Part shown: positions 14,242 through 28,100 of the stretch, one piece after another
Layout of the letters: each line of letters opens with the position of its first letter
How positions within the stretch are numbered: the stretch's first letter is position 1
NCBI GenBank assembly: GCA_036172245.1
Contig: JAYWIR010000030.1
Location: 2,480,001-2,544,000 of the forward strand
DNA: 64,000 bases
Direction of reading: 5' to 3'
DNA from: Raillietiella orientalis
Lineage: Eukaryota
Position numbers and translations under genes: made by a program
The notes under the pieces: generated by a model
Seen by the model: only the letters and a program-made list of their open reading frames with translations
What the model was told of the DNA's origin: nothing
The model's database searches: none

Positions 14242-17200
14242 TACAAAAACCTATTCTAAAAACTCATTACGCAATTATAAAGGAGTTAAAAATGCAGAAT
14301 GAAAACTTCTGAACCTAAGAAAAACACAATTTAGCACAACCAATCACATACTACAAATTATAATTTTTATACATAACAAATAGAATGCAAAGCCGAATTA
14401 ATGGGGCACAACTAACACCAATTGAATCCAAGTACCAAGTGTATAAAATCCAAGTGTATGTAAACATAAAAGTAATCGGCAACTAAAGCATACCAGAAAA
14501 TACAATGTGTAACTTACACATAATTACACTCTATGCTACACAATAAGCAATTACATAAGCCAGAAAATAAGTATATGTAAAAATACAACAGACTTGGAAG
14601 CCAGTTACATTTGCACACATTTTTGTAAAAGAATATTCATTTTACGCCTATATTAAAAAGGCATAATCCCGAGAGCGCACAATTTTCCGTGACCATGTGA
14701 TTATACGAACGGCAAACCCGAACACAACATGTATGCCAAATGCAAGTGCTGAAAGTGTTGTGAAAGCGCACAATCTAAACATCTGAGGAATAGAGTTTTC
14801 TGTTACCCTCACCTAGATCAGTAACCTCAGCAGTCAACAGTTTCTCTTTTTTTGGGGCTCTCAAGAATTTTTTTAAATGGCAGTTAGTCATCCTGCTGTT
14901 ATCCAAATCTAATACCTTAGCTGAAAGTGGGGACAGTGAAACTGTGGTGCAAAAAAAAGCTTATAAGCATTAAAAAATCGCTATTAGTTCTGTGCAAAAC
15001 CGTGTTCCCCATTGCAAATTTCAACAGCCTCGCGAAGCACTGCGAAGGAAAAAAAACCTTACGCCCATATCCATATCTGATCCATTTGAGGATTAGTCTG
15101 TTTTTTTTTACTCTACATATGTCAAACATCTTGTATTGAATGACTTTTCATATATACAATACGACTGGACAAGAAATTTGATAATTCTGAAATCAAAACA
15201 CATCGAGGCAACCTGTTCAACATGAGAGATCACGTGGAAGTGTTGCTACATCAAAAACGTGATGAATATCTAATCACACAGACGTTAATTGCATAACCAT
15301 TGCAGAAAACGCTCACGATTCATGAGCAGCTAACTTTTGTTCCATGATATTTGGTCCACCCCAATCGTCCATTCCACAGCGCTTGCAGCGGTACCACATC
15401 AATTGTATTGCGAACTCATTTTCATTAGAAGGTACTTGGTTCATTCATATGGTACGGTTTGGGGCATGCTTTACCGATGCATGTACAGTGCATAACCTTG
15501 CACTTTCAGCAATACGAAATCATAAATGATTTTAGAAATAATATGCTCAGATCAAGATTCAATGATCAATCAGAAAGGCTATTTTGAGGAATTCTTAACC
15601 AAAAATGACCATGGAAAATTGTAACAGATATGCACCAGAGCTGCTACTGTCACAAAAACGAACATATGCAGAGTCAAAAAATAGTTCGGATAAAAGCTAG
15701 TGTAAAAAAATGCATAAAAGAACTCTATGCATAAAATTTCCAAGAACTCTACATGATAGGAAAAAAAAAAAAATTTCTCTATCCATGTTCAATTTCCTCT
15801 ATCCTCTATCCAGAACGAATCCTTGACGAGAGCGAGTTCTAGTCAATGATGTACGGACTGCTTGAGCTGTGAGATATTACAATTTTGGAAAATTTTTAAG
15901 TTTAAGGGACTCACAAGCTGAAAAACTCTCTGCTGATACTTAATTTCTGTTAATAATACAACACGAATAAATATCTTCGTTAAAGTCAGGAGCAGCAGCT
16001 GAAAAATATAATTTATACAATGTATATGTGAATGTTTATGAACATTGATCACTTGTTATTTTGAAACCATACAATGACACAATAAACCTCAGCATAAATA
16101 CATTATTGATTGCAACCTACTTTTATGATGAAATTTTGTTGTTCTTACGGAAAACAACGTAGCTGAGAGCAGAAGGTATAAATAAGTGAAAACACATGGA
16201 GACATACATAGAAAATTTGAGATCCCTAATCCAAAACAAAGTAATTAAGAAAAACTCCTAAATGCAATGGACATGATTAAGCATGTGACTCAGAAGGGTT
16301 ATTGCTTCTTATATGCATTCCAGTTTTCTTAAATTTAGACTGCTTTTGATAGTTTTAGGTTTCGGGATTTGAAGAGGTCTAGGGAATAAATCATGTCAAA
16401 GATATACCTCGAAAAACACAACAGCATCAAAATCTTTTTATTCACTAAACGAAAACAGGGACTTTATAATCGAAGAACAGATACTAGACTTTCTAGGCAA
16501 ATTGCAATATTTATTTGCTGATCGTTCTTAGATGCAAATACAAAGTGTCCAGTCTGAGAAATCATTAAGTCTCGTTCCTTCAATGAAGCAGGACAACCAT
16601 AATTCTTTCAAATTTGTTTGTTCACTCTCTCGGCTTCTTCTAGCTCTAGTTCCTCTGAGGAGGAACATTTTGATTATTCTTGGTACCAGAAATGCAAGGT
16701 ACTTTGACTGATAATGACTGTCTTATTGTAGACTTCCGTAAATCTATTTCGAGTCTCAAACACTGTGTCTTTTTCGACTCCGATTGCAGAGTTATAATTC
16801 AACTCCTAAATGTAAACAATGAATCATTATAGGTCTATTGGTTGTAAGGATATTCTACTTGAAAGTTATTATTAAATTTTAAAAGGCTTCAGAGAAATGC
16901 TGTCATTAGACGTTATTTCATTTAAAGTATTCGAAGGAACTGAGAGATGATTCTGAAGGAAATAGGAACTTTTGGCAATTTTAAATTGAGGAGTGAACAT
17001 AATTATAAAAAGGAAGATCCGAAACATATCTTCAGCATAACTTTAAAGATCCGTAAAGATTGAAAAATTCTACTCTGAAAGATCAAAGTGCTTTTATCAG
17101 TGATGTGGCTCAACTTTTAATCTTCATACGAAAAACTGGACATGTTACGACTAATACAAATAATAGAAATTTGTAGCGCCTTGAATATAAATATTTTCAA

Positions 17201-18494
17201 AATTTTATAAAAAGGATTGAAAAGAACTAGCATGGATCATCCATAACGAGTTGCGATACGTTAGCAGCAGATGAATTAGTTTTATAAAGAAGGGTTGTGA
17301 GAATATCAATGAGAGAATTGGAAAAAAAAACACACACACACATTTTAATCGTTGGGTGACCATCCAACTATCCTTCAATAAGGGAACACTAAATTCGATT
17401 CGAACTTAAATTTTCTAGCTTTTGCAGATCTGTCTCTCAAAGTTACACCTTCATAGATTTCATTCTAAATGAGATCAATCATGTAGTCATTCTTTTGAAG
17501 AAAAGTGAAATGTGCAGCAGTGCGAAACATTTACTTGAGACTTGAAACTCCAGGTATAAACTCCTGAGTTCTATGATTGGAAGGGAAAATAAATACAGAA
17601 ATGTTCACTGATTTTGATGATAATTTGTAATCTAACCCATTCGAGCAACACACTGAAACTGACATGAATTTGCAACTAAAATGAAGTATTCCAATGGCTA
17701 GTGATGTAAAATTTGCTCTTAACTCTATAGCCCAATCTTATATATTCCAAGGAATGATTCTTAGATGAAAGGAAATGTGTGTATCGAACAGAATTCAATA
17801 GTAATACACGGATAATAGTAGATTTTTTTTTTTAAGATGTGACTCCAAATAGTAAAGTCTAATAGATTCACATGGTACGTCCCACTCAGTGATAATGACT
17901 TGAATAGTATTATCCAATCATCTATTATGGTTATATGCAACGATCGTCAGTACCCAGCAAATTTCATTTATTCACCAAGTTATGTAGAAATCACTATTCA
18001 TTTCATTGACGAATTCTGAAGTTGAACACATCCAAGATCATTTTCTGAAGTTTTGGAGACCGAGCTTTTATATCACTGGCTTTCTGAATTTTACGTTCAA
18101 TGAATTTTATATTCTATGATGGCGACAATTATTTTAAAAAAAAACAAAAGATTCACCAAGAAAACTTTGAAGATTAATTCTAAATTTTATGTATTAGAAA
18201 TCCAAAAAAAAGTTAATCTCATCAAATCTTTCTTTTTGACACTTCATTTATATTTAAAATGATGGGTCAGTTTAATATGGTTTTCTGAAGTGTTAATCTG
18301 GGTACTTTTAAAGATTTCTTTCTAACTGTCAGCAGCTGAATGTGAAAAATCTCTTTGGATCCAACAATGATTTTGAATTTCTTTTTGAAGGTACTTCAAA
18401 TTAGAAGAAAGCTGGTAAATATTGTATTTTAAGGTCCCATTGCTTTATTTAGGAAGCAAAAGTTGAACATTTTTTTATTGGAAACTACAGAAGA

Positions 18495-18515
18495 CCATTC
18501 TTCACTTGTTCGAAG
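18495..18515 (+). promoter_or_regulatory. putative pyrimidine-rich TSS / non-coding first exon of RPS5
   Basis: ccattcttcacttgttcgaag|gtaatc donor, with a possible acceptor taaaatag at 18718 just before the ATG. Typical layout for ribosomal-protein genes (TCT/5'TOP-like start). Confidence 0.45.
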
Positions 18516-18723
18516 GTAATCTTTCTTTATTCGCTTTTCTAATGAGCTTTTATTTTATTTTAATGTAGTAATTATTAATTAATAATTTTGTTAGTAGTTT
18601 TCGCGTAGGATTTTCTGTGCAGAAAATTCGTTTGATGTTCAAGATTGAAGCTGGCAAGCATTTTACAAATCAGTGTTTCCGTTCAGCGATGGAGTGCGTG
18701 GTGTGAACGTTAAAATAGCAAGC

Positions 18724-19702
<979 letters not shown>

Positions 19703-19720
19703 TAAACATTCTTATTGCTT

Positions 19721-22177
19721 TCATATCTGTTTATTTCTTTGAAGAATAAACTGCCATGTGCGATTGCTGGTTAAGGAGGTTACTGTATTGTATGAGCTAG
19801 ACATAGCACTTGGATCATCAATGGTATCATTTTCAGTTAGTGTTCGATATTCTCCTTTCCTTTTGTTAATACGGTGCCTCTTCCTATTAATTACTCCTTG
19901 TTCATCATCCATCATTTTGATCATCAATGCCTAAGCATGGAGCATAGCTAGCTTCAGGTATTTTAGTATTACCTGATCAGAATCCTGTATTGGTACAATA
20001 CTGATGTCCCGTACAGCTCGAAACTGACCACAATTGTTGAGATGCTCATTCTCCAAACGAAAAAAATTCCATACAAAACGACGAAACACTTCCAAGGGAC
20101 CAACTATGCTAGTGATTAAATCACCTTGTGCAAACCCCATCTCAGTGACTGACACTGTCAGTACCCAGCCAAAGCGTAGTAACAGGTCTTGGCAGACTGC
20201 TAAATAGTAATATACCTAATAAGAGTTTCAAAATTAAAGACATTTGCTGAAAGATAAACCTTGGAAGGGTAAACAATTTCTTCTCGAAGAAACAGATGAT
20301 GGTACTCCATTAATCCCCAGTCCATACGTATGTCCCAAGCATATCCATACAGTGAACTAACTACAGCAACAGTAATCCATACGTAAAAATATGGATTATT
20401 CGTGGGGTCCTCATTTACTAAAGAACAGATGAGGCTTTATGATACAAATATGCTTACCATGTTTGTTTCGGTAATACAAACTAGAGAAAAGGGAGACAAA
20501 AAATGTGGTACCATATTTAGCTGCATTGACCACATGTGGAAAAGATTCATAAGTGTCTCTATAGCGACGCAAGCACTGGGCTAAGCGAAACCAAGCAGGC
20601 AAACAAGCTACTAAGGGACGCACTACCCATTCTGGTCCCACACAGTGCTCAATGTGATGGGCCATAGTAAAGTCTCCTTTATTGGTGACATAAAAACAAA
20701 TGCTGTATTGAATGTCCAGAAGAGCAGTCACTAAACTGTTGAGCTGGTCAGCCAACCAAAAGTCAGCAAAGCCCACATGAATAAAAGGAGCTGCTGATAC
20801 ACGACCCAGAATGCGTAATAGCCAGAAGCGAGCTCCTTGGTGACACATAGGTAATGGATTGAGAATAAACACAAGCATCAACAATAACAACATGAGTGGG
20901 TGGACAAAGGGTGGAATTCCCATCCAGTTGCTGTGCAGGAAGGAAAGCACACTTAGACACCAAAAAATGCCCAAGAGAGATGCTAATTCAATGAGTTCCT
21001 GCTCAGATAGATGGTTTCTTGGATCCAGCTCAAAAATGAGTACGTGGTTGACTCCTATTTGATTCTCTTGTAATCTTCAATACAATTTCCTAATACTTAC
21101 CTGATGACCTCCAGCCATATACATTAATTCCTAGCAGGAATAAAAACATGATGATAAGGAAGGGTCCTCTGTAGAGCCGAAAACCAATTCTCCAACCTCC
21201 TGGGCTTTCCCTAGTAAGTGCTACAATGTTGTTTCAATTGGGCAAATTCAGAACTGGTTGGTCCAGGTAAGATAATAAAGGAAAGTCTGGAAGCAGGATT
21301 GTGTTAAGTGGGATGGGATTGCTTAATCACCTGACATTGTGACTGCCAGTAATAATACAATAAAGGCACCAGAACAAAATCCCATTTTGAAAGTGATCCA
21401 AGGAGCACGCTGTTCACCCAAAGGAGGTACTCTCAGGCGCTTCATGGCTCTCTGCCTATCACCACCTTCCAACTGTTGAATTACAGTAGATTCTGTATCT
21501 GTTATCAATTTGTCAATTTCCTTGTTCACATAAAAGGGAGCTAGCTGCACATGTTCTCTAAGCCAGTTATATCCAGCATTGTTGCCCATCAGCTATACAA
21601 CAAAGATTTGACATTCTGATTTATTGGCCCTTATAACCTTGTCATGTTTTTTGAGGATCTTTCGAAACCCAGTGAAATTGAGGTTTTGATAGTTTTGCAG
21701 CAAAATGAGACTTAGGTAGAATTCACTAAATGCTAGTTTGAGGTGATGCCGTGGACTGTACCAATGCAACCAAACTCCATCCTCACTCTTCTCTTTCCAG
21801 GCTACCAATTCTGCCTTTAAGGATGCAAACCTACGAGTTGCTTCTGCCAACTTTTCTACAAACATTTATATCAAACCCTCAACCCCTTCTCCTTACGAAT
21901 TCTTACCAGAATAGAATGTATTTATTTTAGTCAATTCACTATCACAGAAATGAAAAAAACTCTCTTCCTTACTGACTTTAAACCTGGAAACGCTTTCTTC
22001 ACCTTCCATTTCAACAGAAGGAATACAGTCTACTGTTGAATAAAGAATGTGTTTCATTTCCTTCAAATAAAAATGATTATTACACAAATTATATAGCAAT
22101 TTCATTACTTCATATCTTATGTACTGCTTTCTCCACTCCGGGGTTATATGGGCTCCTAAATGTTCGGAGAACTTCAT
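19721..22177 (-). CDS. XPR1: XPR1/SYG1 phosphate exporter (SPX + EXS domains)
   Basis: Exons 22177-22109, 22060-21907, 21855-21638, 21592-21331, 21220-21101, 21054-20458, 20417-20260, 20215-19973, 19930-19721. Motifs: [101 protein letters not shown]. Confidence 0.97.
19745..19750 (+). terminator. putative RPS5 polyadenylation signal (AATAAA), inside the XPR1 last coding exon
   Basis: First AATAAA, about 43 nt after the RPS5 stop. Confidence 0.6.
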
Positions 22178-22711
22178 GCTGTTTCAGAAAAACCAATGCT
22201 TCAAAATGCTAAGGATACTGCTGTATGACTTGTACACCTTAAGTTTAAACGTATGCTACAGTACTAAGCGGCTATTGACGAAATATACGGCAATTGCGCA
22301 AGCTTCCAAGGCTAGCACAATGTAACCGGCAAACGTGATTTGGGCTCGGGGCATGGGAAATCAACGACTAGATATGCATTCGATTACTTTCTCATGTTCT
22401 GATAAATCTTTGCCATCGCGGGAATACTTGATAAGTTTGTCAGGTACGTATATAGCACTATCATGCAATTTCAGTTTTCGGTATCACCTCGAAATTTATG
22501 CTCAAACTTCCAATTTATGTGACGGTGAAGCACGAACCTTCGCAAACACTGAACTGGCTTGAATTTTCAATCGTTTCTATGAATGATGTGATGAAGATCT
22601 GTTATCAATAAACCAATGGCCCTCAACTTGACCCGATTTCACTGCGTACGCTTACAAGAGTTCACGGCGACGTCACCTTGCATCGGACTAATGCCTTCCA
22701 ACGTTTAGAAA

Positions 22712-22820
22712 CTTGCGTACTATGTACACAGTACTATGTACGTCTTGCGTAACTATGCACACAGTACTATGTACGTCTTGCGTAACTATGCACACAGTAC
22801 TATGTACGTCTTGCGTAACT
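22712..22820 (+). repeat. 33-bp minisatellite, about 3.3 copies
   Basis: Unit cttgcgtaactatgcacacagtactatgtacgt at 22744 and 22777 (identical), a 32-bp variant at 22712 and a partial copy at 22810. Confidence 0.95.
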
Positions 22821-22919
22821 TGTGTACTATTGGCCTGATTATTCGTTGATTCTAAGAACGAAGTTTTAAATCAACTGATGCAGTTGGTATAAAAGCGGAT
22901 TTGGAAATTAAGACAATTC

Positions 22920-23092
22920 TGACAGTGGAGTGACCACCTCACTCAAGACAGCTGTTGCGCCCACCTGCACCAGAATGTCTGGCGGTCTATCCTGCGCACG
23001 CACGTGAATTCGTACCACGAAGACGGGCGGTAGGCGCAACTTGGGGAAGACTACAGGCTCGCCAAACAACAGGGCGAAAACGAATCTTGTCA
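22920..23092. ncRNA. unclassified structured GC-rich element (candidate ncRNA or SINE-like insert)
   Basis: Nested stems TGACAG/TTGTCA (closing), GAGTGA/TCACTC, GTTGCGCC/GGCGCAAC, CCAGA/TCTGG, TTCGT/ACGAA, TCGCC/GGCGA in an AT-rich intergenic context. TATAAAA at 22888 and an A-rich tract at 23113-23134. Confidence 0.4.
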
Positions 23093-23613
23093 CTTTATAC
23101 TCTCTTTACAGTAAAAAAAAACAAAAAAACAAAACTTTATTACCACATGAAGACAATTAAATAAGGTACAATACTCCACATAATTTTATTAAATATAATT
23201 CTGCTGACTCAAAACGGGTCAAAGAATATTGGCAGAACTCGTTAGGAGTAATGACAGAAAACATAAACACGAAAATAAACACGCTAGGTGCACACTGTTT
23301 TCTTGGCTTATCTACTTCAAGACTAGACTTTTATGTCCCCAAGGTATACAAAATTTATAAATAGATTTTGGAAAACAGCACATTGCTTTTGCTTCCCAGC
23401 TAGAATTGTTTAAGGCATTCATGAAAGCACTGTTTCACCGTCTTCACTAAATACTTCTGATCAGTGTATGTTGTGCTACAATTATCTGGCTACTTAAATT
23501 GTCAAAAAAGGCAGTTAAAAACACAATAATCGATAACACAAGTCTAAAACAGCACAATCCTCCTACTGTGTGCCTTGTCAATTCTGATTGAGTTTTAAGA
23601 AAAAAGAATTGAG

Positions 23614-24592
23614 TCAATTTTTTTCGTTGTACAAATCCCACAGAGAAATTCTAGTATCTGAACTTCCTGCTGCAAGCAGTCTGGAACATGACCAGCACCC
23701 CACTTGCTGCTGTGAAAATGCCAGACATTCTACAGTATCACAATGAAAATCTAACGATGCAAGAAGTTTGCATCGTTTTTTCCACTGTAAAATACGAATA
23801 CGTTTGTCCCAACAGCCAAGTGCTAGTATTTTAGAATCAGCACGAACAGTACAGCAAGAGACACCAGAATTTGCTAACATTACATTTTCTGCCATCTCTA
23901 TCTGGTTTTTCTCATTCAACACAAACAATGCAAGCTGATTTGTGCTGTTACCAATACATCCTTTGGAAATAGCATCATCAAAATGAAAACACATAGGAGT
24001 ATCAGACATTGAAAAAATATCCACTGGTTTTCTTTCTGCTACATCCCACAGTGCCAACCACCCATTTTCATAAACAGAAAACAAAAGTTTATGCGACTGC
24101 ATCCACTGCATATGCATTAGCATTCCTGGAGGTGAGCCCACATTCAGTAAAAGACTTGCTTGTTGATGGCCATCTAATGTGAATATTGAAATCTGAGAAT
24201 CATTTGGACCAGGAAGAGCCAGCATATCATGAAAGAAAGCAGCACGACAAAAGCCTGCATGCCCACACAGTATCACATCCTGAGAATGATTGCCGTTCAC
24301 ATCCCATAATACTAGTCCATAGTGACGAATCTGAATTAGTAAGGTTGAGCTGCTTTCAACAGGAGAACACCAAATACAGGAACCATGGTTTAACTTCCTT
24401 TGCTGAGCTATACGATTTACCTGTGATGAATTTGAAAAGCAAATACTCTTTGACAAAATTCACCTTCAAATCCCAAATCAAAACATCACCTCCTGCAGTA
24501 GTGTTCACAAGGTTGTTTTCCATGAAACAAAGACTCTGAACAGCACTGTTACTTCCCCTAAGGCAGAAAAGTGGAGAAGGTGCCAAAGTCAT
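23614..24592 (-). CDS. GNB1L: WD40 protein, guanine nucleotide-binding protein beta-like 1 (ASA1/GNB1L family)
   Basis: Exons 24592-24464 and 24420-23614 (43-nt intron). N-terminal PSPLFCLRG..AVQSLCF, HAGFCR, VYENGWLALWDV, VRADSKILALGCWDKRIR, LASLDFHCDTVECLAFS, LLAAGSSDTRISLWDLY. Confidence 0.88.
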
Positions 24593-25346
24593 TCTCTGAA
24601 AAATGAAAGTAACAGAATTCAAGCAAGCACTTTTAGCAACTCAAAGCAACTTTGAAATAATCACAAGATACTCAAAGGGCATTCTGTGTAATTTTCCATG
24701 CATTTGCAACACACATTTATCATAATGCATGCATATTAAAGATCTGATCAAATCCGCAGAAAAAAAAATTACACATAAATTATATGTGGATACTCATTAG
24801 TTATGGCCAAGCATTTGTTAAACAATCTGTTGCATAGCATTCCAATTCACAACTCCTGTAAACATTGGGGTGGCTGAACTTGGCTCATAATTCAATTATT
24901 CATACTTAATTACGACGGCCACATGAACTGATTAACTTCCTCAACGCGTGCTAATGTATGTGTTCTTGCTCAATTAAGTAACATTTAAAACAGTTACATA
25001 AGAATACTTACATATACAACTCACTATGGAAGAAACTTATTCAAGTTTAGACATCTGAAAATTCATTACTTATGACATAAACATTTATAAGTAATCACAC
25101 ATATTTTGATGCGTTGTAAATTTCACTCAAATATGCAGAGGTATGAAAGATCATGCAATGCAAATCCAGTAAACAGACGGCAACGTTCGCATCATTGAAG
25201 GTATTACGAAATTAACAAAGAATTATCAAATTACACTAAAAGTTCACTTTTCACATCACCACTGCTGAGCCATCTGGATCACAACAAATTCCTAATGTTA
25301 GCTTTTTTATTTCCGTGATAAGCGTGAAAGCATGAAGTAGTAGCGA

Positions 25347-25358
25347 GTTTCGCGAAAC
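25347..25358. promoter_or_regulatory. palindromic E2F-like motif GTTTCGCGAAAC upstream of GNB1L
   Basis: Perfect 12-bp palindrome containing TTTCGCG on both strands, about 750 bp upstream of the GNB1L ATG. Confidence 0.3.
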
Positions 25359-27049
25359 CCTTATTATCGTTTACACCTTCGCTCTAACATGTTAATAGAG
25401 TTGCAATTAAAACGTTATGTAAAAAAAAATTAAATCTGTTGGATTCCAACAGTCTGTTTACTGTCCGTTTACATACACTGAAACCTTAATTCAATAACAA
25501 AGTGTTTGTATCATTTTTTTTTCTTTTTTTGAACGTTTTAGTTTCCCTGCCTCAATTTCATCTTGACCTGAAATCTTGGGAACCATAACTCAAAGATCAT
25601 TACTACTTCATATAGTCAGATGATTTTGCTAAGTAAACAATTCAATTACTCCATTTCCTTTTTAATTAATTAATAAATAATATTGCAACTTTCTATAGGC
25701 AAAAGCAGCCGGAAACATTATTAGGATTAGATGGATATTATTTAGATAAGCACTCATATATATATATGAGTTCATATAAAAGAAAACAGCTTCTTCCAAG
25801 GTGTGGGGTATCCTACGTGAACAACAGCACAACACTCTACAGAAGACCCTTCAGAATGCCTACTTCACTTTTAATATTTCCATATTTTCATGCATACAGC
25901 AATCTATTATATCACGTTAAGGCTTAGGATTGGTCCGTAATGTCTTTTACTTTCACTATAAATATGGTATGATACTATTTCCCCATAACTATTAAATTGA
26001 ATAATTAGACGCAAAACATTTTTTTGCAGAACAAAAATTCTTTAGATACATTGTTTTAGGAAAGCAGACTGATCATTAAGTCTAGCAAGTAATCAAGTAG
26101 TTAAATACCAAAAGAATTTGAATTACCAAGATTTTCGATTAGTTTCACGAAAAGAAGAACTGATTTACTGGGAATGATGCTTTTCGTTTAAAATACAAAG
26201 CTTATTTAGTTATTTTAGAAGTTAATTTAGATATATAAAACTGTCGGTGATTTGAGCACATTTTTGCAAGCACATATTTGCTACTTAGCTTGAAAATGTT
26301 ATCAAATGAGAAAAAAGCGCTAACAAAAATGAAAAAGCAGGCAATAATTAATATGTTAGCAAACATTAATGCAAACAGACAACATGCCGAACACATTGAA
26401 ATTTTTCTTAAGAATGCAAATTAGCTAAGAACAAGAACAAATGTTTGAATATGATACTTTGAATACAGCTTATTCAGGAACTGAATGAGAAGAAATTGAA
26501 TAAGGTAGATGAAACTAAGATTTTAGTATTTTTGCTAGAGTGGCTCAAAACTAAATTTGGGTTTCATACGGATTGCACTGTTACAGTTGATGATCCGCAT
26601 TCCTCATTTTTGCACTTATTGACATAATTAGTTAATCTTCTTCATGGGAGTTATAATGTACAGTCAACTCATGATTCCAGTTCCGTTCAAAATAATGGTT
26701 GAAAAAGGAAATGAAAATTTAAGACTTATGTAATCAATTGGATTCTTAAATTTTCAAACTACTTCATGTCGATCTTTTTAAGAAGATATGACAAAGACAT
26801 AATATATAAAATAGAAAGCCAGTGCTTTCATTCTGCATCAAATTGAAGTCATAAATGAATTTTAAAATAAGAACGATTATTCCCATTATGTGGATTAAAT
26901 CGCCAAATTTAGCAGCAAAGTTTGAGGACACAAATCTATTGAAAACAGAATAGACACTTATTAATAATACCGGTCGTCGGATCAATAAAAGCGTAACTCT
27001 GATCAAGCAGGATGGCGAATGAATGGCTCAATAAAATGTCTCAATCTAT

Positions 27050-28100
27050 CCAACGTACTCAACGAGGCCGACAACTTCGCTATAGGCAACTGCCTAGCCT
27101 TCTGATCCAGCAATGCAAGGTTTGCCCCAGAAGATCTTGCGTTTGGTGACGAAAAAGCATCCAAAAGCACAATCAATTCATGAGGATCTGAAGGACTTTA
27201 TGTCTGAAGCAATCGACGGAAAATTAAATCCACAGTGCTGTGAAAAACATTCGGACTGTGAGAAGAAAAGCATTGAGACGAGCAGAGGTGAAATGGACCT
27301 CTGAAGGAGTACTCCTGATCAAACTTCGTGACTCCACGTCCAAGGCAGGAAAATCACCACCAGCCTGTTCAGTATCAGCGCAAGGCAGCATGAATATTCC
27401 TCGTTTACAAAAACCCTGACTAAAGAAGGACAGTTTACGGAGTTGGCCAGCCTCCGACTAAGAAGAATTTTCTATTCCATGAGGACACTTCGATCCGCAG
27501 ATTACACATTTATTCAGGCTGTCTCGCTCTGAGTCTGAGTAGGATGGAGGTGATCTTCCTTCCTTGGACGTGGAGTCAAGACTTCACTTTCAGACAGCCT
27601 AAGCGTCGCCCACAGAGATAATACCAATCGCATATTCAGGAGGTCAGGAATATGAGGAGAATCTCTAGGTTGAGTCCTCTACAACCAATGCATCAGCAAT
27701 AAAATCATGGTATGGTGTGGTATCATGGTATCATCACAGAGGGGTATGGTGATCTCTCACAGCCCAAGCAGGTTCCTCGAAACATTGGCAACTGCTAATC
27801 TCCAGTAAACAGTTTCCCACTGTTAGTCTCCTATTCTTGGAATAGACATACAGCTGAAGTCGAATCTGGTGCTCTAAGGAAGCAAAAACACTCATGTGAG
27901 ACGTCTCATGATACTGTGAGTATTCAGCAATGGCGTTTGAGGTGCAACAGAGTGGGAAGAGAGACGTCATCGAGGACTATTCCTATTTTGCCTACAAATA
28001 AGTGCCACTTAATTTCCAGTGGCAGCACGTGTCGACACTCTTCTTTAACTAGGGCTTCCACTGAAACCAATGTCAGCATCACCGTCACTCGGTAAGCCAG
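27050..28100. mobile_element. decayed Ty3/Gypsy-like integrase remnants, two fragments in opposite orientation
   Basis: + strand: GLPQKIL..LKDFMSE and LIKLRDSTSKAGKSPPA (resembles GLP..I.SDNG..F..F and YR.TP.S.TG.SPA). - strand: TTPYH and DSTSKEGRSPPS. Stops and frameshifts throughout. Confidence 0.45.
27329..27578. repeat. 68-bp imperfect inverted repeat (27329-27396 / 27511-27578)
   Basis: Ungapped alignment, 56/68 identical, outer 17 bp perfect (tgactccacgtccaagg). Confidence 0.9.

Noticed and set aside
16530..16800. Short ORF/exon-like stretch between MRPL39 and RPS5
   Set aside because: No recognisable product and no convincing splice model.
19727..19783. U12-type intron (TCCTTAAC) at the XPR1 3' end
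   Set aside because: No GTATCCTT/ATATCCTT donor; the frame is open without splicing and the stop is unchanged.
22712..22820. CRISPR-like array
   Set aside because: Units are directly adjacent with no unique spacers, the context is eukaryotic and there are no cas genes.
23045..23075. 7SL/Alu-like word GGCGAGCCTGTAGTC on the minus strand
   Set aside because: No SRP helix-8 motif and the element is too short for 7SL; kept only as an unclassified structured element.
25752..25771. Palindrome actc(at)6gagt
   Set aside because: Mostly an (AT)n microsatellite, which is self-complementary by nature.
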